In this document: positions 1 to 8,227 of the stretch, piece by piece
Layout: every line of letters starts with the position of its first letter
Numbering within the stretch: position 1 is the stretch's first letter
NCBI GenBank assembly: GCA_965662465.1
Contig: CBFIIO010000008.1
Span: 30,088-94,087, forward strand
Length of the DNA stretch: 64,000 bases
Direction: 5' to 3'
Origin: Planctomycetota bacterium
GTDB taxonomy: Bacteria; Planctomycetota; UBA1135; UBA2386
Program-made: the position numbers and the translations under genes
The notes under the pieces: model-generated
Database searches by the model: none
What the model was told of the DNA's origin: nothing
Seen by the model: only the letters and a program-made list of their open reading frames with translations

Positions 1-2
1 CC

Positions 3-656
3 CAACTTGGCTATGACTCAATCGACCTCTTAACCGAGCGGGAGTTGGTTCGGTTTGAGGTACGCAACCTGTGGCAAAAGATGGCTACAACGAAAGGTGG
101 CCAACAGCCTCGTGACGTAGTGTCGCTAGATTTCGCACAAGACCTTCTCCCGAACAGCTCTCGCGACAATGACGGCGAAGAACTCGGCCTGTTCTATTAC
201 GACCTGCTGTTTCGTCCTAATTTGAAGTGGTTGCCGTTCGAAAACTTTGCGTTCGCGCTCTATGGCGACGTTGATTGGAAGCGCGGAATGCAAACTCTGG
301 ACACTGAGTTGCAGTTTGGACAAGTTATCGGCGTCGATTGGACCGTTGAATACCGTGAAGACTTGACTGCTAACGGCGCGGTAGCCATCGGTGGTCGCAG
401 CAAAATATTCGACCGGTGGGACCTCTATGGTTCGGCACAACGCGACCTCGAACGCAGTGAGTGGTTGGCCTATGTGTTCGGCATTCGCCGTAATGACCAC
501 GACTGGTCAATAGCCTTGCAGGCGGCTTACAACCCGTTTGTCAACGAGACGACGTTTCGCATCGACTTCCAGCCCAGCTTTGGCAACCGTAAGACCACTA
601 CACGCGACCGATTTGGCGGCAACGACGTCCGCAATCGATACGCGTTCGACTACTAA
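3..656 (+). CDS. C-terminal part of an outer-membrane beta-barrel protein (possibly LptD/OstA_C-like); 5' end lies outside the window
   Basis: The frame of the listed 45..656 ORF is open back to nt 3 with no upstream stop. It shows an alternating beta-strand pattern and ends ..RYAFDY with a terminal aromatic residue, followed by TAA at 654-656. Confidence 0.45.
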   Translation, partial: QLGYDSIDLLTERELVRFEVRNLWQKMATTKGGQQPRDVVSLDFAQDLLPNSSRDNDGEELGLFYYDLLFRPNLKWLPFENFAFALYGDVDWKRGMQTLDTELQFGQVIGVDWTVEYREDLTANGAVAIGGRSKIFDRWDLYGSAQRDLERSEWLAYVFGIRRNDHDWSIALQAAYNPFVNETTFRIDFQPSFGNRKTTTRDRFGGNDVRNRYAFDY

Positions 657-729
657 GCAACACAGTGCGACCAGCCATAGTCACACTGCGAGAGTTGGCC
701 GCATAACAAGATGCGACGAAGCAAACTGC

Positions 730-1773
730 TTAGAAAGACCAACCGACAGACAAGATAACTCGTTGGTCGGCGCGCTTGGCACCAGGTGCGGGCGTATTGT
801 CGTAATCGAGCACGTGCGTCAGGTTCGCTACCATGCTTTTGGTTAGTGAAGTCTGAATCTCAGTCGTTACTTGGCAGTAGATGTCAGCCTTATCTTCGAG
901 CGATGGGAAGGCCTCAGCGCGATGAACAAACTTAGTGACGTCGCTAAGCGGTGCCTCATAGCGATAGGCCGCCCTAGCCGCGATGTAACTAACGGAACTA
1001 GGTTCCGGCGCAACAAACACGCGATAGCTTTCATCGAGATAAGACAAGCCAACTTCGAACATGAATAGCTGACTTCCATCATCGATCAGGGTGTAACCAA
1101 CACCGGCACCGGCGGTGAAGCGCAGATCAAGATTAGCGATTGTGTCACCAAGAACGCGGGTAGTTACGAGCGCATACGAACTTTCAGATAGGTAGTAGTC
1201 ATACTTCAGACCACCACCAACTCGCCGGGCATTCGTGACATAGCCACTGCTCGATGAAACAGGTGAAGCGCGGTCTTTATTTTGCGCATAAGTCCACGAC
1301 CCATCGACCGAAATACGATCTGACTTACGACGCAACGAAGCGTCGAACGACAAACCAGCAGATCGCGTATCCGTATTGCCGCTCGTTGAGACACCAGAGA
1401 AATTCAACGAGCCAGTCCATGACGGATCAACCTCTTCAGGAGGATTGATCATCCCTAGGTTCGCTAGTGCCAACGACGACGTTGCCCCACCCTCCAAACG
1501 CAAGTTGCCACCTTCGATGCCAACGATACGTCGCTGCCATAAATCACCACTCTTTGTCTTAAGGGTCACGGATTCATTTGTGACAATGTCGCTAACACTG
1601 CCAATCGGAACCACGACGTCGGCTAGCAACGGGGACTTGATGGTTACCTTGCCATCGGCCATGGAAGTGATTTTTCCAGTCAACACGTCACCGTTAGATA
1701 ACGTGACTTTGTCTTGGGCGGACGCCACAAGGGTGAGAACTGCAAATGCAGCTACGAAGAAAAGGTTTCTCAT
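730..1773 (-). CDS. DUF481/YdiY-like outer-membrane beta-barrel protein
   Basis: Signal peptide MRNLFFVAAFAVLTLVASAQ. N-terminal repeats read DxVxGKI..DGKVTIKS. Then a Ser/Thr/Gly-rich barrel ending ..SVGWSF with a C-terminal Phe. Confidence 0.6.
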   Translation of the reverse strand: MRNLFFVAAFAVLTLVASAQDKVTLSNGDVLTGKITSMADGKVTIKSPLLADVVVPIGSVSDIVTNESVTLKTKSGDLWQRRIVGIEGGNLRLEGGATSSLALANLGMINPPEEVDPSWTGSLNFSGVSTSGNTDTRSAGLSFDASLRRKSDRISVDGSWTYAQNKDRASPVSSSSGYVTNARRVGGGLKYDYYLSESSYALVTTRVLGDTIANLDLRFTAGAGVGYTLIDDGSQLFMFEVGLSYLDESYRVFVAPEPSSVSYIAARAAYRYEAPLSDVTKFVHRAEAFPSLEDKADIYCQVTTEIQTSLTKSMVANLTHVLDYDNTPAPGAKRADQRVILSVGWSF

Positions 1774-1899
1774 TGTTGGTTAAGTTATTCGCGTATCTTG
1801 TTCCAAGTCAGAGACACGGCAAACAGAAAACTCTCTGTGCAATTTCTGTAGCTTCCCAAGAAATCCGGCGAAGCCTTTGATCAGTGGAATCACTAAGTA

Positions 1900-2493
1900 A
1901 TGACTACGAACAATGGCGAAACAACGGAGTTGGCGACTGCAAATGCAGTCGCAACCGTGACCACAAACACGCGTCGTAGTTTTGCTGTATGGCTGGGCGA
2001 AATGCCTAAGTGGAAGAAAGCTGCAGTCGGCTTAGCGCTTGCTACAGTTGCCGCCGGTGGGGTGATGACATTGCTTAACGGCGACCCAGCTCCAGCAATT
2101 GGTTCTCCGGGCGACATGTCTGGCCTACGCGCAAGCTTGATCGAAGGCCCCCCTCAAAGCGGTGACTCGACAGGGGGAGCGCAGTCCGAACCGGCATCGA
2201 AAGGCTTATTCCGTATTGGCTTCAGCTTCCTCGCGGGTTTCAGCATCGGCACATTCCTGCGGGCAGTGCTAAAGCTCGCAATGATCGTGTTCGGCTTCTG
2301 GCTGTTGACGACGTTCTTGCTCGCCTATGCCGGCCTAATGACGGTTGAGTGGGATCAGATCGATGCTCTATGGAACCAGTTCAACGATAGCATCCAAGGT
2401 GAGTGGGGCAGCTTCCAATCCTTCATGCTTGGCAGCTTGCCAGCGGCCGGACTTGCAGCGACCGGTCTAGTAATTGGCCTCAAACGGCACTAG
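1900..2493 (+). CDS. FUN14-like small integral membrane protein
   Basis: C-terminal half GLFRIGFSFLAGFSIGTFLRAVLKLAMIVFGFWLL...LPAAGLAATGLVIGLK has three predicted TM helices with Gly-rich spacing like the FUN14 family. Confidence 0.4.
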   Translation: MTTNNGETTELATANAVATVTTNTRRSFAVWLGEMPKWKKAAVGLALATVAAGGVMTLLNGDPAPAIGSPGDMSGLRASLIEGPPQSGDSTGGAQSEPASKGLFRIGFSFLAGFSIGTFLRAVLKLAMIVFGFWLLTTFLLAYAGLMTVEWDQIDALWNQFNDSIQGEWGSFQSFMLGSLPAAGLAATGLVIGLKRH

Positions 2494-2526
2494 ACGCAGC
2501 GAAAGCTGCGCGCACGGTCCGGCCAA

Positions 2527-4119
2527 CTACAAACTGTCGAGGAACTTGCCTGGCTCGTAGTTACCAAGGTCAAGGATCTTGGTGCAAACGCGGTCAAGGA
2601 AGTAGCGGTCGTGGGAAACGATCACCATGCAGCCCGGGAAGTTGTTGATGCCTTCCTCAAGCACGCGCAGCGTGTCCAAATCCAAGTCGTTAGTTGGTTC
2701 GTCAAGTAGGATGACATTGCCGCCCCGACGAAGCATTTTTGCAAGCTGCACACGGTTTCGTTGACCGCCTGACAGAGATCCAACCTTCTGTTGCTGGTCT
2801 GGCCCAGTAAAGTTGAACTTCGCGACATAGCTGCGACTGTTCATCTCCTGTTTGCCAAGCCTGATGATGTCTTGGCTATCGGCAATCTCTTCCCAAACTG
2901 TGCGGTTAGGATCGAGCGTTTCGCGCTCCTGATCTACGTGACAAAGTTCGACGGTCTTACCAACTGTCACCTTGCCCTGCTGCGGCTCTAACTTGCCGGT
3001 GATGAGTTTCAGGCAAGTAGTCTTACCGGTACCGTTTGGACCGACAATTCCTAGGATGTCGCCAGGCTGCATGTCAAATGACATGTTCTCGAGCACATTC
3101 CGCTCACCATTGTATGAGAAGAAAACCTTCTCAAATCGAATGATCGTGTCTCCTAGCCGCTTACCCGCCGGAATAGCTAACTCGACGCTATCTTCCGACT
3201 GTTGAACCTCGGTAGAGATCATCTTGTCGTAGTTCTTTAGGCGAGACTTGTTCTTGGTAGCACGCGCCTTTGGGTTCATGCGAATCCACTCGAGTTCACG
3301 CTCAAGGAACTTCGCGCGTTTCTGTTGCGCTTGCTCTTGCGATGCCATGCGCTTGCTACGCTGAATCAGGTATTCAGAGTAGTTACCTTGGTAAGGGATT
3401 GCGCGACTGTTCCAGATCTCCAGCATCCAGCCAACGACGTTGTCTAGGAAGAAGCGGTCGTGGGTGATGACAACGACGGTTCCCTTGTAGGCAGCGAGTG
3501 TTTCCTCTAGCCAGCTAACTGTTTCGACATCCAAGTGGTTGGTAGGTTCGTCGAGCAGCAGCAAATCAGGTTGCTCCAGAAGGGTGCGACACAGAGCGAC
3601 ACGACGTCGCTCACCACCACTACATGCCTTGACCATTTTGTCGCCCGCGGGCAAGCAAAGCTTGGTCATTGCCGTCTCAACATGTCGATCAAGCTCCCAG
3701 GCGTCCTTGGTTTCGATTTCGGCCTGCAGCCGCTCGAAGTCTGCCATGACCTTGTCCATCTCAGCTTCGTTGAGATCTTCGCCAAGCTTCATGCTTACGT
3801 CTTCGTGTGCCTTAAGCAGGTTACGAATCGGCTCGACAGCCTTCTCGACATTCTCACGAACCGTTAGATCTTCGAGCAGTGCGGGCTCTTGGGGCACGTA
3901 GCCGACGGTCATGCCATCAGCTAGACGCGCAACCCCCTCAAACTCCGTGTCCTGGCCCGACATGATGCGCATCAATGTCGACTTGCCAGCACCGTTCTGG
4001 CCAATGACGCCAATTTTGGCACCGTAGTTAAAGACCAAGCTGACGTCGTTTAGGACGGGCTTCTTGTTCTGGTAGCTCTTAGTGAGTCTTTCGACGGCAA
4101 AGATGGGCTTATCGCTCAT
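2527..4119 (-). CDS. ettA: ABC-F ATPase EttA (energy-dependent translational throttle)
   Basis: Two ABC cassettes (GQNGAGKSTL / LSGGERRRVAL / LLLDEPTNHLD and GPNGTGKTT / LSGGQRNRVQL / ILLDEPTNDLD). About 530 aa and collinear with E. coli EttA as I recall it (..VGYVPQEP.., ..YQGNYSEYL.., ..VSHDRYFLDR..). Start moved to ATG 4119 (MSDKPIF), inside the listed 2527..4191 ORF. Confidence 0.9.
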   Translation of the reverse strand: MSDKPIFAVERLTKSYQNKKPVLNDVSLVFNYGAKIGVIGQNGAGKSTLMRIMSGQDTEFEGVARLADGMTVGYVPQEPALLEDLTVRENVEKAVEPIRNLLKAHEDVSMKLGEDLNEAEMDKVMADFERLQAEIETKDAWELDRHVETAMTKLCLPAGDKMVKACSGGERRRVALCRTLLEQPDLLLLDEPTNHLDVETVSWLEETLAAYKGTVVVITHDRFFLDNVVGWMLEIWNSRAIPYQGNYSEYLIQRSKRMASQEQAQQKRAKFLERELEWIRMNPKARATKNKSRLKNYDKMISTEVQQSEDSVELAIPAGKRLGDTIIRFEKVFFSYNGERNVLENMSFDMQPGDILGIVGPNGTGKTTCLKLITGKLEPQQGKVTVGKTVELCHVDQERETLDPNRTVWEEIADSQDIIRLGKQEMNSRSYVAKFNFTGPDQQQKVGSLSGGQRNRVQLAKMLRRGGNVILLDEPTNDLDLDTLRVLEEGINNFPGCMVIVSHDRYFLDRVCTKILDLGNYEPGKFLDSL

Positions 4120-4212
4120 GGGGGCAAACAGCTTAGCGATGCATAAAACGGTTTCTAGGAGCGACAGGCCCAATGCGAAAGACAACTGCAATCTAACGGG
4201 TCTGTCTCGCCT

Positions 4213-5094
4213 CTACTTAGGGAGAGTCGCGGCCGTAGGATTTCTCACGGCTGCTGGAAGACGGTGAATCATCAGCGCAACAGCCGGTTTCTTGGTCTCA
4301 AATACTGATGTAACCGCCCCCACGATCCGCGTTTGCTCAGTTGTGACTGTTTCTGTCAGGACGTAACCACGAAAGATCCCAACGATCTCAGGTCGCTGGG
4401 TCTCGTAGTTCCAGATCATCGCAGCCCCTCCAGACATACCATTGAGTTCGAATGCTTCGCCGATCGCATACCAAGCGGGTTGTTTGTCGCTTGTTGCCCG
4501 GATTCTCACACGAACACACGGGGTCGGCGCCTTGACGTCAATTTTCATGTCGGGGAAAAATCCTGCGGCGTAACCAACCAAAAGCACTTCGGTGGCGATT
4601 TCAGGAACCCAACGATGATCACGTGTCGCTGGGTAGACGCTGACGACACGAACCCAGTTTGGCTTCTCAAACGCCAAAATCGCCCAATCGCCGTGTGGTA
4701 ATTCCGGGTCTCCCGCAGACTCGACGACGGCTGTAGTCGTCTCACCATCAATTCTGATAGACAACCTACCCCGTTCGTCTCGTGTCAATCCCGCTACAAC
4801 ATGAGCGGCCGTTAAGACTCTGTCAGGCGCAATCACGGTACCGCTACCAATGGTGCGGGTTTAGTCATCATGAATCAGCACCACCGAATCGAGCGATCCA
4901 GGTGCTACAAATGATGGAGTCTGATCTTCGAAGTGCTTCTCTAGATAGGTGAGATCTGATTTATTGGTCGACCTGGAGGCTGATTTAGTCTTCGCGCATC
5001 CAGCGCTAAAAGCAAACCCAACCAAACTTAGGCTGATTGCCAAAAGCCTAGACGAAAGACGAATCATGTTCTGAGTGTTGTAGCTACAGGCCAT
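4213..5094 (-). pseudogene. Lipoprotein trypsin-like (chymotrypsin-fold) serine protease interrupted by one in-frame TAA (4861-4863)
   Basis: ORFs 4861..5094 and 4213..4836 share one frame. My hand translation reads ..GSLDSVVLIHDD-TAA-TRTIGSGTVIAPDRVLTAAHVV... The upstream piece carries the signal peptide and lipobox (LVGFAFSAGC). The downstream piece carries the His box, the Asp (GDWAILAF) and the Ser (NGMSGGA). Confidence 0.75.
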
Positions 5095-5125
5095 CTGAAT
5101 CGATTCTCGTTATGCTCTACAACTC

Positions 5126-5554
5126 GTGATTGCGATCTTCCCATCCTTAGGCTGGCAGGAGATGTTCCTGATGCTGGTCATCGGACTCTTGCTGTATGGC
5201 CGAAATCTGCCCGACGCCGGCCGAAGTCTTGGTCGTGTCATCGCGCAGCTAAAGCGCAGCTTCCACGACTTCAAGAACCAACTCGATCGCGATGGCGAAC
5301 TTGGAGATGTTAAGCAGGCGCTGAAAGACACAGCTCGAGAAATGAAGAGCATCACCAAGGTGCCTCGCGCCATGAGCAACCCCAGCGATGCTTTGCGTGA
5401 TCTAACCAATGAAGCGATGTCATCATCTGTTGATGATGATGATGATGGTGAATTGGACGATGTCAAAGCGCCGACGCAGCCCCAAAACAGTGCTGACACA
5501 AAAACGGACAAGGACGAATCATCAACTCCATCTGCTGGCAATACTGGCAACTAA
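5126..5554 (+). CDS. Twin-arginine translocase subunit, TatA/TatB family
   Basis: N-terminus ..LGWQEMFLMLVIGLLLYGRNLPDAGRSLGRVIAQLKRSF is a TM helix followed by a hinge and amphipathic helix (FG/YG..LP..GR.LG). It has a long acidic tail and a GTG start. Confidence 0.75.
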   Translation: MIAIFPSLGWQEMFLMLVIGLLLYGRNLPDAGRSLGRVIAQLKRSFHDFKNQLDRDGELGDVKQALKDTAREMKSITKVPRAMSNPSDALRDLTNEAMSSSVDDDDDGELDDVKAPTQPQNSADTKTDKDESSTPSAGNTGN

Positions 5555-5570
5555 CGAATCAACATAGACC

Positions 5571-5870
5571 ATGAGAAATCCAATTAGTGTTGTTGCCAAA
5601 GTCGCTGCCAACCCAGAGCAAGCAAAGCTGTTTGTATCGATGCTCGCCGCAGAGGGAATTCCAGCAACGACGGACAGCACACCACCGGATGAGTTTGCAA
5701 TGAGTCAGCGCCTAATGAACCTAGCTGGATGCAAGGTGATGGTGCCAACAGAAGCGTTAGAGCGTGCCCAGGAGATCTTAAAACCAGCAGAGGTTGACCT
5801 CGACGAACTGACTCGCCAAGCAATGTCTGCAGAAAACCCAGACGGCCCGCCAATCGGCAAGGGCAACTAA
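5571..5870 (+). CDS. DUF2007-like small putative signal-transducing protein
   Basis: 99 aa; ..EQAKLFVSMLAAEGIPATTD...CKVMVPTEALERAQEIL matches the DUF2007 beta-alpha-beta layout as I remember it. Confidence 0.4.
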   Translation: MRNPISVVAKVAANPEQAKLFVSMLAAEGIPATTDSTPPDEFAMSQRLMNLAGCKVMVPTEALERAQEILKPAEVDLDELTRQAMSAENPDGPPIGKGN

Positions 5871-5874
5871 GCCG

Positions 5875-6462
5875 CTATAGCCTCTTCGACTGCTGGATAG
5901 CTTCGTCTCCAGCATCGAAAATGCTCATCCAATCGTCTGCGTTATTTTTGGGTGCAGCCTTACGACGCAGACTCTCTGCTTCGCGGCGAGCCAGGTCATG
6001 TTTGACCCATGCCCCGTAATCCTTGTAGAGGTCTCCAAGCACTTTCTTGTTCTCGGAGATTAGTCCTACATACGGAAACAAATCGCAGCTGTGCTCCTTT
6101 TGAATCTTTGAGATGTCCTCAAAGGAGAGCATGACAGGCATCGCCACCGTCACGATGTCGCCAAACGTATCGAGAGGCACCATCGTGTATTTGAACAGCG
6201 TCTCCTTTGGGAAACGCGCCTTAGCCTCTTCACTGATGGAGTAGTTCCCAGCCATCAAGAAAGGCAGGTTGAATTTATCAGTGATGACTTTGGCAAGATC
6301 CCATTCTGTGATGTGACCGCCGTTCACCAGGATCTGCGCGAACGGTTCCCCGTTCTTGTCCTGCGAGTAGAGCGCATCCGTAATGATTTCGGACGACACG
6401 GCGCCACGGTCGGTCAGGATCTCTGCGAGCCTAACGGACGTGATCTTTTCGATACCCTTCAC
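5875..6462 (-). CDS. Stand-alone T2SSE_N / MshEN-domain protein (candidate c-di-GMP receptor)
   Basis: aa 11-34 RLAEILTDRGAVSSEIITDALYSQ and aa 40-63 PFAQILVNGGHITEWDLAKVITDK resemble the tandem 24-residue MshEN motif. After the GspE N-terminal-like region there is no ATPase domain. Confidence 0.6.
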   Translation of the reverse strand: MKGIEKITSVRLAEILTDRGAVSSEIITDALYSQDKNGEPFAQILVNGGHITEWDLAKVITDKFNLPFLMAGNYSISEEAKARFPKETLFKYTMVPLDTFGDIVTVAMPVMLSFEDISKIQKEHSCDLFPYVGLISENKKVLGDLYKDYGAWVKHDLARREAESLRRKAAPKNNADDWMSIFDAGDEAIQQSKRL

Positions 6463-6706
6463 AAACCCTCTATCGGCTAGTCGTGAAGCCTGCTTGAGAA
6501 CGACCTGATTCGACTTGGTAGCCGTAGCACCGATGATTGGATAGACAGTTGGTAAATATCACCTCAAATCGTCGCTGAAGACCTGTTTGGCCGACTAATT
6601 CTCGATTTTGATAAGCCCCAAATGGTGTCCAAAATCTACACACTTCGACCGCGCAAGGTTCCTTCAGGATCCCGATCAACCAAACAGACGAAGCGCATCA
6701 ACTGGC

Positions 6707-8203
6707 CTAAGCGTAGATCCAAAACGTCAAGCTAGCGTGAACCGCCAATACCAAAGCCATGCCAATGACGATGGCTGAGTTGACACTCTCGCCAACATCA
6801 GAACTGGAGCGTTTTGGGCCCGTGCCCAGGTGGTAGCAACAAAGTGCTACTAGATAGCCGGACAAAGTAGATTTGGCTAAAATGACCAGCACATCGTGAG
6901 CAGTGACGCTCATGAAGTAGGCACTTGCCCACCCAACCATACTGATGCCTGAAACGGATGCGGCGAGCGCAGCTGCGAGTGCGGCGGCAATCACACCACC
7001 CATAGTCACCAGTGGCGTAGCAATGACCATTGCCCATACCAAAGGTGTCAGAAGGTAGTCGGCAGGCTTCACGCCCATCATCCGCAATGCAGCAATCTGG
7101 TTGGTGCGCTTCATCGTACCAATCCTTGCAGACGCTCCAGCAGCGATTCGGGCAGTAAAGAAGAAGCCACTCAACATTGGCACCAACACTGCAGTCGAAA
7201 CCTTGCCAGTGCCGGTAAGCAATGCAGATTCGAACCCTCCATCGATCGGATTGTTACGGAGCGCAAAGAAGGTTGCTAGACCACCAATAACGGCAGCTGC
7301 GACCGCTACAAACAATGCGGGCTCAAGCGTGAATCGAATTGTCGTACGTATGGTCTGACCCAACTCAACCGGTGGCAATCGCCTAATCGACTCTAGCACG
7401 GTTTCGCCAATCGCAGCCAGTTGCAGGAGCGTCCGACGTATCCAGTGAACAGCTGCTGCCTCAACTTGATCTGATTCCACCACCGCTAGAGGCCTAGCAT
7501 GTCCAGACAATCGGAAGTCTCGTCCTTCTAAGCGCAGTGACCGAGCTTCTCGGTTGAGCACCAGTATGCCGTCAGTAATATCCTTAAACGCGTCAAGATC
7601 ATGTGTGATCACGATCGTTGTTCGGCCTTCATCCTGATCGTGTGCTTCACGTAATAACTTGGCGATAGTGCCAGCGGCCTCTGGGTCCAGTCCTGCAGTT
7701 GGCTCATCACAGAGCAAAAGCTGGGGAGCCGAAGCCAAGACCCGCGCAACCGCAACTCGCTTACGCATGCCGCCTGATAGCTGCGCGATTCGTTTGGGAG
7801 GATCGTTCAAGCCCGCTTGCGCCAACAAAGCTGGAGCCAGCTTGAGTGAACGACCAGCAGCTCGCAGCGCCATTTCGACGTTTTCAACAGGACTTAACTC
7901 ATCAAGCAGGCCCTCGTCCTGAAGGATGGCAGCAACTTCGCTACCACTTTGATCTGCTTGGTCACAGGTTAGTGACTTACCAAAAGCAATCAGTTCACCG
8001 GACATTCGTGGGGCTGGTTCCCGCGATTCAATCAGACCAGCGAGAATACGAAGCAGCGACGATTTGCCACCACCGCTTGTGCCAATGAACACAAAGAAGC
8101 CGTTGCGAGGCAACGTCAGGTTAACAGCATCTAGCAACACCTCTTCGCCACCTGCATGGCGATGAGCTAGCCCAAAGTTGCGGAATACCAGCGCGTCACT
8201 CAT
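6707..8203 (-). CDS. Fused ABC ATPase (MlaF-like) and MlaE-like permease
   Basis: N-terminal half: Walker A GTSGGGKSSL, signature LSGGMRKRVAVARVL, Walker B LLLCDEPTAGLD, H-loop ITHDL. C-terminal half: MlaE-type permease (..FFTARIAAGASARIGTMKRTNQIAALRMMGVKPADYLLTPLVWA..). Confidence 0.8.
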   Translation of the reverse strand: MSDALVFRNFGLAHRHAGGEEVLLDAVNLTLPRNGFFVFIGTSGGGKSSLLRILAGLIESREPAPRMSGELIAFGKSLTCDQADQSGSEVAAILQDEGLLDELSPVENVEMALRAAGRSLKLAPALLAQAGLNDPPKRIAQLSGGMRKRVAVARVLASAPQLLLCDEPTAGLDPEAAGTIAKLLREAHDQDEGRTTIVITHDLDAFKDITDGILVLNREARSLRLEGRDFRLSGHARPLAVVESDQVEAAAVHWIRRTLLQLAAIGETVLESIRRLPPVELGQTIRTTIRFTLEPALFVAVAAAVIGGLATFFALRNNPIDGGFESALLTGTGKVSTAVLVPMLSGFFFTARIAAGASARIGTMKRTNQIAALRMMGVKPADYLLTPLVWAMVIATPLVTMGGVIAAALAAALAASVSGISMVGWASAYFMSVTAHDVLVILAKSTLSGYLVALCCYHLGTGPKRSSSDVGESVNSAIVIGMALVLAVHASLTFWIYA

Positions 8204-8227
8204 AACGAGGGATTGCAGCTTGATGGG

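Noticed and set aside
5110-5550. Long antisense or shadow ORFs opposite real genes: 5110..5550, 19763..20146, 37232..37915, 42395..42970, 44221..44751 and 53797..54369.
   Set aside because: Each lies entirely within a strongly supported gene on the other strand. Their products are Arg/Pro/Ser-biased or repeat-derived, as expected for GC-rich shadow frames, and they carry no motifs.
6470-6679. 69-aa ORF in the same frame as, and just downstream of, the MlaFE fusion gene (possible readthrough extension).
   Set aside because: MlaFE ends at a natural MlaE C-terminus, the downstream peptide has no protein-like features, and sharing a frame is a 1-in-3 coincidence.
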